DNA from: the human T2T-CHM13v2.0 reference genome, Homo sapiens
Direction: 5' to 3' (one strand)
Length of the DNA: 64,000 bases
Assembly: GCF_009914755.1 (NCBI RefSeq)
Contig: NC_060928.1
Positions within the stretch are counted from its first letter, which is position 1; every line of letters starts with the position of its first letter. Under the pieces are notes generated by a model. That model made no database searches, was not told where the DNA came from, and worked only from the letters and a program-made list of their open reading frames with translations. This document shows, one piece after another, positions 13,246 to 27,146 of this stretch. Position numbers and translations under genes: made by a program.

Positions 13246-15580
13246 TGTATTAGTCTGTTCTCACACTGCTGTAAAGAACTACTTGAGACTGAGTAATTTA
13301 TACAGAAAAGAGGTTTAATTGACTCACAGTTCTGTGTGCTGAGGGAGGCCTCAGGAAACTTACTCACATGGTAGAAGGTGAAGGGGAAGCAAGGCATGTC
13401 TTACATGGCAGCAGGAGAGTGCAAGAGCAAGGGTGGGACAGTCAAACACTTTTAAACCATCAGATTTCATGAGAACTCACTACTCCCATGAGAACAGCAT
13501 GGGGGAAACTTCCCCCATGGTCCAGTCACCTCCTACTAGGTCCCTCTCTCAATTTGTGGGGATTACAATTTGAGATGATATTTGGGTGGGGACACAGAGT
13601 CGAACCATATCATTCCACTCCTGGCTCCTCCCAAATCTCATGTCCTTTGCATATTTCAAAACACAATCATGCCTTCCCAATAGTCCCTCAAAGTCTAAAT
13701 TCATTCCAGCACTAACCTAAAAGTACAGATCCAAAGTATCATCTGAGACAAGACAAGTCCTTTCTGCCTATGGGCCTGTAAAATCAAAAGCAAGTTAGTT
13801 ACTTACAAGATACAATGGGGGTACAGGCATTGGGTAAATGCTTCCATTCCAAATGGGATAAATTGGCCAAAACAAAGGGGTTACAGGCTCCACACAAGTG
13901 TGAAACCCTACAAGGCCATCATTAAATCTTAAAGCTCTGAAATAATTTCCTTTGACTCCATGTCTCACATCTAGGGCATGCTGATGCAACGTGGGCTCCC
14001 AAGGTCTTGGGCAGCTCCACCCCTGTGGCTCTGCAGGGTACAGCCCTTGTGGCTGCTTTCATGAGCTGATATTGAGTGCCTGAAGTTTTTCCAGGTGCAC
14101 AATGCAAGCTGTCAGTGTATCTACTATTCTGGGGTCTGGAGGATGCACCCTCTTCTCACAGTTTCACTAGGCAGTGCCCTAGTGGGGACTCTGTGTGGAG
14201 GCTCCCACCCTACATTTCCCCTCTGCATTGCCCTAGTAGAGGTTCTCCATGAGGGCTCCACTCCTGCAGCAAACTTATTTCGGGACATTCAGGTTATTTC
14301 TCTAATCCTCTGAAATCTAGGCAGAGGCTCCCAAAGCTCAACTCTTGTCTTTTTTGCCCTTGCAGGCCCAACACCACATGGAAACTGCCAAGGCTTGGGG
14401 CTTGCACTCTCTAAATCCATCACTGGAGCTATACCTTGGCCCCTTTTAGACATGGCTGAAGCTGGAGTGGCTGGGACGCAGGGTGCCATGTCCTAAGGCT
14501 GTACAGAGCAGTGGGGCCTTGACCTGGCCCACAAAATCATTTTTTCCCTCCTAGGCCTTTGGACCTGAGATGGGAAGGGCTGCTGTAAATATTTCTGAAC
14601 TGCCCAGGAGACATTTTCTTCATTGTCCTGGCTATTAACGTTCAGCTCCTTGTTACTTATGCAAATTCCTGCAGCCAGCTTGAATTTCTCTTCAGAAAAT
14701 AGGGTTTTTTTTCTACTGCACAATCAGGCTGCAAATTTTCCAAACATTTATGCTCTGCTTCCCTTTAAACATAAGTTCCAATTTCAGACTATCTCTTTGT
14801 GAATGCATATAACTGTACACTGTCAAGAAAAAACAGATCACTTCTTGAATGCTTTGCTGCTTAGAAATTTCTTCTGCTTGATTTCATCTCTCTCAAGTTT
14901 GAAGTGCTACATATCTCTAGGGCAGAGGTAAAAGATTGCCAGTCTCTTTTCTAAGGCATAGCAAGAGTGACCTTTACTCCAGTTCCCAATAAGTTTCTCA
15001 TCTCCGTTTGAGACCCCCTCAGCCTGGACTTCATTGTCCATATTACTATCAGCATTTTGGTCAAAACCATTCAACAAGACTCTAGGAAGTTCCAAACCTC
15101 CCCACAACTTCCTGTCTTCTTCTGAGCCCTCCAAACTCTTCCAACCTGTGCCTGTCAAAGTTGCTTTCACATTTTCAGGTATCTTTATAGAAGTGCCCCA
15201 AATTTCTGGTACCAATTTTCTGTATTAGTCCATTCTCACACTGCTATAGAGAAATCCTGAGACTGTAATTTATAAAGAAAAGAGTTTTAATTGACTCACA
15301 GATTCACATCACTGGGGAGGCCTCAGGATTCTTACAATCATGGCAGAAGTTGAAAAGAAAGCAAGGCACATCTCAGATAGTGGCAGGAGAGAGAGAGTGA
15401 GGGGGGAACTGCAAAACACTTTTAAACCATTGGATTTTGTGAGAACTCACTTAATATCATGGGAACAGCATGGAAATTACCACTCCCATGATCCAGTCAC
15501 CTCCCACCAGGTCCCTCCCTCAACATGTGGGGATTACAATTCAAGACGAGACTTGGGTGGGGCACAGCCAAATCATATCA
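13246..15580 (-). mobile_element. Complete MSTA-type MaLR provirus (LTR 13246-13612, internal 13613-15220, LTR 15221-15580)
   Basis: Two homologous LTRs (tgtattagtc...aaccatatca/aatcatatca) flank THE1/MST-type internal sequence; perfect 5-bp TSD ATATG at 13241-13245 and 15581-15585. Confidence 0.92.
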
Positions 15581-15859
15581 ATATGGTTTGGTTAATACTC
15601 CAATATCTCATCCGATGAACTTTTTAGATTGGCAAAAGGATCTGTTGTCTTGGTTTAATTTGAGCATTCTTAATTCCTGGTCTAGAAGAAAACTAAAAAC
15701 TATTTTCTTAGTATTTGCTATGTTGCAATACTGAAATATATGATTTCCAGAATCTTAAATGCTGTTACAAAGCCACTGTCTCCCAAATAATAATTCACCA
15801 AAATAATAGAAACTAAACTTTATAAATGTTGAATTTATCACAAGAAAAAAACTTATTAT

Positions 15860-16388
15860 GTGAACATGACTCCACAAAGAGTGATCCAGATTTGGATTGA
15901 TCATACCCCCAGATTATATTGATTTATTGTCCAGCACAGGCATACAAACAAGAAAATACAGAGAGCTGTGTCTTCTTGCAATAACATGATACCATATTTA
16001 TTTTGTCCCAGGAAACTCTTCACCAGGAAGGTAGGAGTATAAACCAAAAAATAACCACTATTTACTTCATGAAATTGCTGTGACCCAATTTATCAGGGCA
16101 AACAGTTTGCTCCTTTGGACAAACAGCTCTCTTATCTGGAAAATAGAATGCTCACTGGTGCAAACAGCTAACATAATATATGAGATTTTACTAATTCAAA
16201 CCCTCCCTTCATAATGCTCACCATTCTAAACAATGATTTAGACTGAGTATTCTTACTTTATCTTCCTTTTTTTGAGATATAATGAGGACTCTGTCCAAGT
16301 GGTGTTTTTTCTTACAGTAGAAAATCTGATCAACTTACCATTGTTTGATTAAAAGACTTTTAAAATAATCTTCTTGGGGATATAACAG
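15860..16388 (+). mobile_element. Possible old ERV1-class LTR (MER34-like)
   Basis: 3' end resembles MER34-group LTR ends (ttgtttgattaaaagactttt...tcttcttggggatataaca); boundaries uncertain. Confidence 0.3.
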
Positions 16389-16599
16389 TTGATATATTTT
16401 ACACCTAAACTGTAAGTAACATGTTAAAGTTATTAAGAATAATTGGTTTGCTATATTTACATATAATTTTGAGAATTTTAGTCTTATTTCCTCAGTGTTA
16501 AATTTTATCTTTCACATAAATTCAAACTAAGTTAAAAACACATAGAATAACCTAGTATCTGTGATAATAATATGTTATAATAATAAATAACATAATTAT

Positions 16600-17020
16600 A
16601 GAGGCTAAAAATAGATTAGTGGTTACCAGTGGTTAGGAATTAGGGGAAGGTGTGTGTATAGCTACTAAGAAGTTACATAAGGGAGCCTCTGGTAATGGTA
16701 CAGTAATGTATCATGATTGTGGTGGTAATTACAGAAAGCAACACATGTGATAGCATTGTATAGAGCAACACATGTGATAGCACATACACACATACACACA
16801 TGCACACATGTACACATTCTAAGTACAAGTATGACTGGTGACATCTGAATAAACTCTATGAATTATACCAACATTGATTTCCTGGTTTTGACATTGTACT
16901 GAAGCTGTGGATAGTACTGACATTGAAGGAGGTTGGATGAAGGGTGCACTGGACCGCCTTGCACATTTCTCTGCAAGTTCTTGTGAATCCATAATTATTT
17001 TTTAAAAGTTTAAAAAAAGC
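16600..17020 (+). mobile_element. L1MC/MD 3'UTR fragment
   Basis: agattagtggttaccag...gtatcatgattgtggtggt...ctggtgacatctgaataa...tttcctggttttgacattgtact, A-rich end. Confidence 0.75.
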
Positions 17021-17131
17021 CCAAGAAAATCACTGAATTTAAATTTTGGTGATTTAACACATAATCATTAAATTATTTTATTGATTCACCTAAAAATTTT
17101 ATTCAGTGCTGAAATTTGATACTGTAGTGAA

Positions 17132-17700
17132 GCAGTGGCAGACACTGTGCCTAATACCATTTACTTTTCCCCTTTTACTTCCTGCCAAAGGTCACTTCGC
17201 ATTATAAAGGCTGAAAATGTCAGATTCCCATTTGTCAGGCTCTCTTGCAGTAAAGCTAGGTCATAGCGCTGGCCGAAAAGATGAAAGAAAAACTGTATAT
17301 GTGTGTTTGTGTGTGTATATATGTGTGTGTCTGAAAGAGAGAGTGAGAAATCTGTTGTATATGAGAGCATCTGACATCTTCCTTGTTAAAAAGATAGTGC
17401 TGTGATGACAGAACCTTAACTTTCTTTTTCCTTTGAATGTTATTGTGCAAGGATATGATAGAAAGAGATGCAACATTAATCTTAAAACCATGAAGCCACA
17501 AACTGAAAATAAGCAGCCAGCTTGCTTAGGATAATGAGTGGAAAGGCATTGGCATTTTAGTGACATTGAGACATTGAATCCACCTTGAAAGTATCTACCT
17601 TTAGACTTCTTGTTATTTACAATAAATATTTATTTCATTATTAAATTAATTGTCAATAGGTTATTTCATTATCTGCAGCCAACAGCATCTGTAATTCAAA
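17132..17700 (+). mobile_element. MLT1I/J-type MaLR LTR
   Basis: gtggcagacactg start, ctctcttgcagt...ctggcc, tctacctttagacttcttgtta, tgcagccaacagcatc end. Confidence 0.55.
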
Positions 17701-18924
17701 TATTTGACATATTAATGATTTTTTGAGTAATAAGTTATTTGCTAGAACAATCTCTTTTATATGAAATAATATCCCCTCAAGAAACAACATCATATGCCTT
17801 CATAGAGACATTTAAAGAGCACTTTAAAAAACCAATTTGTCATAGTCATTTAAAAGCTGAGATTTTAACAATTAGCCAAATTCAAAACATCACACATTAA
17901 AATAGATTATCAAAGAAAAATCATTTTTTCAGGTACTTGTGTGCACATTTAGGCTTCAATTAAAATTTAGTGATGGTGAGAAAGAATGAAAGATCATGCC
18001 ACTTTTTATTGAATACTTGTCACTTTTTCTTAAGAAAACTTCAAAATAGATATAAAATTTTAAATAAAAAATGCTGTTATATTTCCTTTTAAGACACTGA
18101 AATTAGCATAAATATCTAACTTCCTGAGTCTTCTATGCAAATAATAAAATACAACAAGAAATAACCTACAAGAACCCTGAAAATTAAATAATGAATTTAT
18201 TCATATGTTGAACACCTCAACGTAAACTATTTTCACAAATTGCAATTATGAAATAATAAACATTGTTTTATTAAGTAATGTACTCCACTATGAAACTGTA
18301 TTAAAAAGCATTGAAACATTACATTTGGTTCAGTCCTCTGTGAACATTTTTCTTTTTCTATTTTCTTCTTTTATATATTTGAGCGAATTTAGAGCTCCAA
18401 CCTTTATGAAACGTAAACAAAATGGGTTTTTGTTTATTATTGTGCTTTTCAAATTGAGGAAACTGTTTTAACATATCTTTGGAAACGATAGCAGCAATCA
18501 TATTCAGTTATAATTCTATAACTTCATTTAGGGCAAATTTAATGGGCAGGCCTGTCTTTAGTCATCATTTGCAGCATTACACACTGAGCTATATTCAATA
18601 ATTGTCATTAATTTATATAACAATATTTGCACAAAATTTCATTAAAAAATGCGTATACTTTGCATTTTTTTGCAATAATGTGAAATTTAAATGTGTAAAT
18701 GATGTAAGTGGAACTGACTTGAAAACTTTTGTTAATATTTACAATTTATATTTTTTCATCTTTTTCTTTAAAGAGGAAAAATTTTAACTTTATGTAATTT
18801 TTAAGGGCACTTCAAGCTGAATAAAGGGACATCAGATCAGAGGGGCTCAAAATAGCCTATATTTTGACTTTTAAAAAACAATTAAGTATTTTGAAACATA
18901 AATTATCTTTTTTATTTGACTTAT

Positions 18925-20517
18925 AAAGGCATAAAAAGATAGGACTGAAAAGGGTAGAAAAGAAAGTCTTGAATCTCTGATGCCACCCCTTCTCTCATCC
19001 TCTGACTGCAGCCACATGGTGTAAAGAGAAAATTTGCACTTTGGGGAGGGACAGCACAAGTGGTTGTGAGACTTTGCATTAAACTCAGTGCTGCCTTGTC
19101 ACAGTGGAAAGCAAAACCAAGATGAACTCAGCTGACGCCTGCTCACAGAGAAAGCATTTAGACAGGCCCCAGCCAGAGGTGAATTCCCCATCCTAGTGGT
19201 TGGAACGTGAGTTCTGGCAAGCCTTGCCTCATGGGCTGAAGTGCTCTGGGGTTCTAAGTCAACTTGAAACGTACTCTAGGCCACAAGGATGGCAATTCTT
19301 CAGCAAGTCCTAGTGCTGTTTTAGGCTTGGAGCCAGTAGACTTGCAGGGCACATGGTCTAGTGAGACACCAGCTGTGGTGGCTAAGGGTGTTCTTGCACC
19401 ACCCGTCCCCAAACCCCAGGCAGCACAGCTCACAGGAACAAAAGTGCCTCTATCCTTCTGCTTGAGGAGATGAGAGGGAAGAATATAGAGGACTTTGTTT
19501 TGCATCCTGGATATCAGCTCAGCCACAGTAGGATAGGGCACTGGTTAGAACTGGGTGGGGGGGCCCATTCCAGGCCCTATCTTCTGGAAAGCATTTCTAG
19601 ACACACCCTGGGACAGAAGGGGACTCACTGCCTTGAACTGACGGACCTAGTCCTGGCAGGATTTATCTCCTGTTGACTAAAGAGCCCTTGGGCCCTGAAG
19701 AACAAGCAGCAGTACCCACGTAGTACACCATGAGCCATAGGTAAGTCTGAGATGTGCTCGCTTCAAATGAGACCCAGCACACTCCCACCTGTGGTGGCTA
19801 CAATGAGAGACTCCTTCAGCTTGAGAAAAGCAGAGGGTAAAGTAAAGGGATCTTCGTCTTGCATCTTAGATACCAGCTTGGACACACTGGGGTAGAGTAC
19901 CAAGCAGGCTCTTGGGGTCCCTGATTCTAGCCTTGTTTCTTACACAGCACTTCTGGATCTTCTCTGGGCAAGAGGGGAACTCACTGCCAGGAAGGGTGAT
20001 TCCCAAACCTGGCAGCATTCACCACAAGCTGACTATAGAGCCCTTGGGCCTTAAATGAGCATCAGCAGTAGCATGGCAGTACTCCTGTGGGCCTGTGGTG
20101 CTGGCGGTAGCCATAAGAAGAGATTTGTCTGCCCCTGGAAAGGGGAGGGTAGATGGGAAGAACTTTATCTTGTACTTTGATTGCCAACTGAGCTGCAGAA
20201 GGATAGAGCACCAGGTAGATTTCCAAGGTATTTGATTTCACTCCATGGCTCCTTGACAGCTCTGAACCCAGCTGGAGCCTGAGGGAACCTGCTGACCTGA
20301 AGGAAAAAACACAAGCTTAGCTGGCTTCACCACCTGCTGGTTATAGAGCCCTAGGACCTTGAGTGAACATCGGTGGTAGACAAGTAGTGGTTCCAGCAGG
20401 CCTTGGGTGAGACCTAGTGCTGTGCTGGCTTTAGATCTAACACAGCAGAGTCCCAGTGCTGGTGGCCACAGGGGGGCTTGTGTCACTCCACCTCTGGCTC
20501 CAGGCAGGTCAAGAGAT

Positions 20518-20559
<42 letters not shown>

Positions 20560-23500
20560 TGTTTGTTTTTGAGAAAGTAAGGGAAGAAAACAAATTTCTG
20601 CTTGATAATCTGGAGAAGTCTTCCAGATCTTATCCAAGACCACCAAGGAAGTACCTGGGCCAGTGTGCAAGAACCACAACATTACTAGGCTTAGGGTGTC
20701 ACCTAATGCAGATATGGTTAAAATCATAACACCCAAGTCACTTGAAATTCCTGGAAAGCCTTCACAAGAAGGACAGGTACAAACAAAGCCCAGACTGAAA
20801 AGACTATAATAAATACCTAACTCTTCTGTGGGTGCCCAGAAACTGATGAACACCCACAAGCATGAAGACCATCCAGGAAATTAAGACCTCACCAGGTGAA
20901 CTGAATAAGGCACCAGGGAGCAATCCTGGAGAAACAGAGATCTGTAACCTTTCAGACAGAGAATTCAAAATAGCTATTTTGAGGAAACTTAAAGAAATTC
21001 AAGACAACACAGAAAAAGAATTTAGAATTCTATCAGATAAATTTAACAAACAGATTGAACTATTAAAAAGAAGCAGAAATTCTGGAGTTGAAAAATGCAA
21101 TTGACATACTGAAGAATGCATCAGTCTCTTAATAGCAGAATTAAGCAAAAAAAAAGAATTAGTGGGCCTGCTGACAGGCTATGTAAAAATACATAGTCAG
21201 AGGAGACAAAAAAATAAACATAAAAAACAATGAAGCATGCATACAGGATCTAGCAAATTACCTCAAAAGGGCAAATCTAAGAGCTATTGGCCTTAAAAAG
21301 GAGGCAGAGAAAGAGGGGTAGACAGTTTATTCAAAGCAATAATAACAACAAACTTCCCAAACTTCAATATTCAAGTATAAGAAGGTTATAGAACATAAAT
21401 CTGATTTAACCCAAATAATATATCTATATTCAAGTGTAAGAAGTATATGAAACACCAGTCAGATATAACCCAAAGAAGACTACCTTAAGACATTTAATAG
21501 TCAAACTCCAAAAAGGCAAGGATAAAGAAAGAATCCTAAAAGCAGCAACAGAAAATAAACAAATAACATACAACGGAGTGCCAGTACATCTGGCAGACTT
21601 TCCAGCAAAAAACTTACAAGCCAGGAGAGAGTGGCATGACACATTTAAAGTGCTGAAGGAAAAAGACTTTTACCCTAGAATAGTATATCTGGTGAAAATA
21701 TCCTTCAAACATGAAGGAGAAATAAGGACTTTACCAGACAAACAGAAGCTGAGATATTTTGCCAACACCAGACCTGTCCCACGAGAAATGCTAAAGGGAG
21801 TTCTTCAGTCACAAAAAAGGAGATGTTAGTGAGCAATAAGAAATTATCTGAAGGTACAAAACTCACTGGTAATAGTAAGTACAAAGAAAAACACAAAATA
21901 TTATAACTGCAATTGTGGTGTGTAAACTACTCTGATCTAAGTAGAAAAACTAAAAGATGAACCAATTCAAAATAATTGCTACAACAACTTTTGAAGACAT
22001 ATACATTACAATAAGACATAAAGAGAAATAGCGAAAAGTTAAAAAGCAGTGAAGAGTAGAGTTTTTATTAGTTTTCTTTTTGCTTGTTTATGCAATCAGT
22101 TTAAAATAAGTTATTAAGAGAGTAATTGCAAAACTCCTAGTAACCTCAAATAAAAAATACAATTGATACACAAAATATAAAAAGCAAGAAATTAAATTAT
22201 ACTAACAGAGAAAATCACCTTCACTAAAAGGAAGATAGGAGGGAAGGAAAGAAGGAGGAAAAGACCACAAGGCAACTGAAAAGAAATAACAGAATGGCAG
22301 GAGTAAGTCCTTACTTATTGATAATAACACTGAATGTAAATAGACAAAACTCTGCAATCAAAAAACTCAGTGGCTGAATGGATTACAAAATGAGACCCAA
22401 TGATCTGTTGTCTACAAGAAACACACTTCACCTATAAAGACACACATAGATTGAAAATAAAGTGATAAAAAAAATTTTCCATGCCAATGGAAGCCAAAAA
22501 CAAACAAAACAAAACAAAACAAAAACAAAGCAGGAGTATCTATACTTATATCAGACAAAACAGATTTCAAGACAAAATCCATAAGAAGAAACAAAAAGGT
22601 CATTATATAATGATAAAGGGGTCAATTCAGCAAGAGGAAATAACAGTTGTAAATATATGTGCACCAAACACTGGAGCACCCAGATATATAAAACAAATAC
22701 TAATAGAGCTAGATATATATATATATATATACCACAATACAATAATAGCTGGAGGCTTCAACACCCCATGTACTCCTTGGGCAGATCTTCCAGAGAGAAA
22801 ATCAAGAGAAAAACTTGGGACTTAATCTGCACTACAGACCAAATGGACCTAGGAGATACTTACAGAACATTTCATACAATGGATGCAGAATACACATTCT
22901 TCTCCTCAGCACATGGATCGTTCTCAAGGATAGAGCATATGTTAGGTCACAAAACAAGTCTTAAATCATTCAAGAACATGAGAACAATATCAAGAATCTT
23001 CTCTGACCACAATGAAATAAAACTCAATATCCATAACAAGAGGAATTTGGAAACTATATAAACACTTGGAAAGTAAACAATATGCTCCTGAATGACCAGA
23101 GGGTCAAGAAAGAAATTAAGAGGAAAACTGAAAAATTTCTTCAAATAAGCAACAATGCAAACACAAAACACCAAGACCAATGGGGTGCAGGGAAAGCAGT
23201 ACTAAGAGGGATGTTTATAGCTATAAATGCCTGTATCAAAAATGAAGAAAAATTTTACATAAATAACTTAATGATGCATCTTAATGGACTTGTAAATAAA
23301 GAGCAAATCAAACCAAAACTTAGTGAAAGAAATAAAGATCACAGCAGAAATAAATTACATTGAAAACAGTATATAAGCTCAACAAAATGAAAAGTTATTT
23401 TTTGAAAAGATAAACAAAATTGACAAACCTCTAGCAAGACTAAGAAAAAGAGTGAGAAAATCCAAATAAAATTAGAGATCAAAAAAGAGATATTACAACT

Positions 23501-26500
23501 GACACCATAGAAATTCAAAGGATCTTTAGTGGCTACTATGTGCAACTATATGTCAATTAGGATGAAAATCTAGAATACACGGATAAATTCCATGTTGTAT
23601 CTATACATACAACCTACCAAGACTGAACAATGACAAAATCTGATAGACCAATAAAAAAACCTGAACAGACCAATAACAAGTAAAAAGAATGAAGCCATAA
23701 TAAAAAGCCTTCCAGCAAAAGGAGCCCAGACCCCAGTGGATTCATTGCTGAATTCCAACATTCAAAGAAGAATTGTTACCAATCATACTCAAACTATTGT
23801 GAAAAATAGAGGAGGAAAGAATACTTCAAAACTCATTCTTCGAGGCCAGTATTGCCTTGATACCAAAAACAGACAATTACATATCAAAAAAAGAAAACTA
23901 TAGGTCAATATTAACCAATATTGATGCAAATTCATCAACAAAATACTTGCAAACCAAATTCAACAACACATTGAAAAGATTATTCATTATGAACAAATGG
24001 GGTTTATCCCAGGAGTTTAAGGATGGCTCAACATACGCAAATCAACTAATGAGATACAGCATATCAACCAAATGAAGGACAAAAACATATGATTATTTCA
24101 ATTAATGCTGAAAATGCATTTGATAAAGTTTAACATCTCTTCATGATAAAAATCCTAAAAAACCTGAGTATAGAAAGAACATACCTCAACATAATAAAAG
24201 CCATATACAGTAGACACATAGCTAGTATTATACTGAATGGGGGAAAACTGAAGGCATTTCCTGTAAGATTGACAACATGAGAAGGATGGTCACTTTCACC
24301 ACTGTTATTCAACATAGTACTGGAAGTCCTAGCTACAGCAATCAGACAAAAGAAAGAAATAAAAGGCATCCAAATAGAAAAAAAGATAACAAATTATCCT
24401 TGTTTGCAGATGATATAATCTTATATTTGATAAAACCTAAAGACTCCACAAAAAACTATTTGAACTGATAAACAAATTCAGTAAAGTAGCAGCATACAAA
24501 ATAAACATATAAAAATCAGTAGCATTTCTAAATGCTAACAGCAAATAATCTGAAAAAGAAATCAAGGATGTAATACCATTTACAATAGCTACAAATAAAA
24601 TACCTAAGCGTTAACTTAAACTAAGAAATGAAAGTTCTCTGTAAGAAAAACTAGAAAAACTGTGAAAAATCGATGCAAAAATTGAAGTAGACACAAAGAA
24701 ATGAAAAGATATTTCATGTTCATGGACTGGAAGAACCGATGTTATTAAAATATCCATACTACCTAAAGCAATCTACAGATTCAGTGTAGTCTCTATCAAA
24801 ATACCAATGGCATTCTTCACAGAAAAAGAAAAAAAAATCCTAAAATTTATGTGAAGCCACAAAAGTCCCAGAATAGCCAGAGCTATCCTGAGCAATAAGA
24901 AAAAAAATCTTAGAAGAATCACATTACTTGACTTCAAGCTATACTACAAAGCTATAGTAACCAAAACAGTATGGTACTGGCATTCCAAAAAAAAAAAAAA
25001 AAAAAAAAGACACATAGACCAGTGGAACAGAATAGAGAACCAGAAACAAATCCACATATTTACAGTGGACTGATTTTTGACAAATTTGCCAAGAACATAC
25101 ATTGGGGAAAGATAGTCTCTTCAATAAATGGTGCTGGTAAAACTGGATAACCACAGGCAGAAGGATGAAACTATGCTCCTATCTCTTACTATATACAAAA
25201 ATCGAAGCAAAATGGATTAAAGACTTAAATCTAAGACCTCAAACTATGAAACTAATACTAGTAAATATTGGAGAAGTCTCCAGAACATTGGCCTGGACCA
25301 AGATTTCTTGAATAATACACCACGAGCCCAGTTAACCAAAGCAAAAATTGACAAATGGAATCACAAGTTAAAAATCTTCTGCACAGCAAAGGAAACAATC
25401 AGCAAACTGAAGCAACAACCCACAGAATGACAGAAAATATTTGCAAACTGCTCATCTGACAAGGGATTAATGATCAGAATATATAAGGAGCTCAAATAAC
25501 TCTGTAGGAAAAAATCTAATAATTTGATTTAAAAATGAGCAAAACATCTGCATAGCAATTTCTCAAAAGAAAACACATAAATGGTAAACAAATACATGAC
25601 AAGTTTATAAAAGGTGCTCAATATCATTGATCATCAGAGAAATGAAAATCAAAACTACAATGATATTCATCTCCCCAGAATTAAAATGTCTTTTATCTAA
25701 AAGATAGGCGATAACAAATGCTGGTGACGATATGGAGAAAAGGGAACCCTTGTACACTGTTGGTGGGAAGAACAGTTGTGCAACAGATTAGTGCAACCAC
25801 ATGGATGGAGCACAGTTTGGAAGTTCCTCAAAAAACTAAAATAGAGCTACCATATGATCCTGCAATCCCACTGCTAGGTATATACCCAAGAGAAAGGAAA
25901 TTAGTATATCGAAGAGATATTTACACTCCTATGTTTATTGCAGCACTATTCACAATAGCCAAGATTTGAAAGCAACCTAAGTGTTCATCAACAGATGAAT
26001 GAAGAAAATGTGGTTCATATACACAATGGAGTACTATTCAGCCCTAAAAATGAGTAAGATCCAGTCATTTGCAGCAACATAGAGGTCATTATATTAAGTG
26101 AAATAAGCCAGGCACAGAAAGACAAACTTCACATGATCTTATTTACAGGAGTTAAAAATTAAAACAATTTAACTCATGGAGATCAAGAGTAGAGGGATGG
26201 TTACCAGAGGCTGTGAAAGGTAGTGGAAGGCAAAACAGTCTATTTCAAAAATAATTTAAAAGAAGGAAAACAACCTACATTTTGATAGCACAGCAGGGTG
26301 ACTATATTCTAAATAATAATTTAATTGTACATTTAAAAATAAGTAAAAGACTATAATTGGATTGTTTGTAACACAAAAAATAAACTATTGATGTGATGGA
26401 TACTTCATTTACTCTGATGTCATTATTATGCATTGCATGCCTGTATCACAATATCTCATGTATCCCATAAATATATACTGCTACTATGTACCCAGAAAAA

Positions 26501-26517
26501 TTTAAAAATAATTAAAA
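18925..26517 (+). mobile_element. Near full-length L1MA2-like LINE-1 (~7.6 kb), ORF1 and ORF2 disrupted
   Basis: L1M1/M2-type 5'UTR with ~340-bp repeats; ORF1 remnants (20862-21104 LSDREFKIAILRKL; 21578-21829 LQARREWHDTFKVLKEK); ORF2 EN/RT remnants ([26 protein letters not shown]); L1MA1/2-type 3'UTR tttgatagcacagcagggtgactata...ctactatgtaccc. Confidence 0.9.
20512..20556. repeat. (GA)n microsatellite in L1 5'UTR
   Basis: agagatagagagacagagagagag... seen directly. Confidence 0.9.
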
Positions 26518-26934
26518 CATAGTAAAATAATATAGAAAGCTAGAATGCAAAGGATATATAAAGTGAATCCAAAATGAAAAAAAAACTTAAAAAACAAGTG
26601 TCAGTATACTCTTAAGAGAAAATGTAAAATCTGACATTGAAAATATTAAGTTGAAAAAAATTGGTCATTCATATTTATAAATGACGCAGTTTGTGGGGAT
26701 GGTTCCAAGATGGCTTAATAGGAACAGATGCAGTCTACAGCTCCCAGCATGAGTGATGCAGAAGACAGGTGATTTCTACATTTCCAACTGAGGTACCAGG
26801 TTCACCTCACTGGGGTTTGTGGGACAGTGGGGGCAGGACAGTGGGTGCAGCCCACTGAGTGTGAGCTGAAGCAGGGTGAGACATTGCCTCACCCAGGAAG
26901 TGCAAGGGGTCAGGGAATTCCCTTTCCTAGCCAA

Positions 26935-27146
26935 GGGAAGTCGTGATGGATGGCACCTGGAAAATCGGCTCACTCCCACCCTAATACTGAGCTTTTCAAA
27001 AGGTCCTAGCAAATGGCACACCAGGAGATAATATCCCGCACGTGGCTCAGAGGGTCCCAGGCCCACAGAGCCTGCTCATTGCTAGCACAGCAGTCTGACA
27101 TCAATCTGCAAGGCAGCAGTGAGGCTGGGGGAGGGGCACCCACCAT
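26935..27146 (-). pseudogene. L1 ORF0 remnant (antisense 5'UTR ORF), frameshifted
   Basis: MVGAPPPASLLPCRLMSDCCASNE in ORF 27006..27266 continues as GPSEPRAGYYLLV...IRVGVSRFSRC in a different frame (ORF 26776..27066); matches the ORF0 sequence as I recall it. Confidence 0.7.

Noticed and set aside
16737-16782. Small tandem duplications (agcaacacatgtgatagca twice; similar ones at 21365-21480, 40314-40334 and 58467-58503)
   Set aside because: Routine slippage events inside decayed repeats, with no sign of function.
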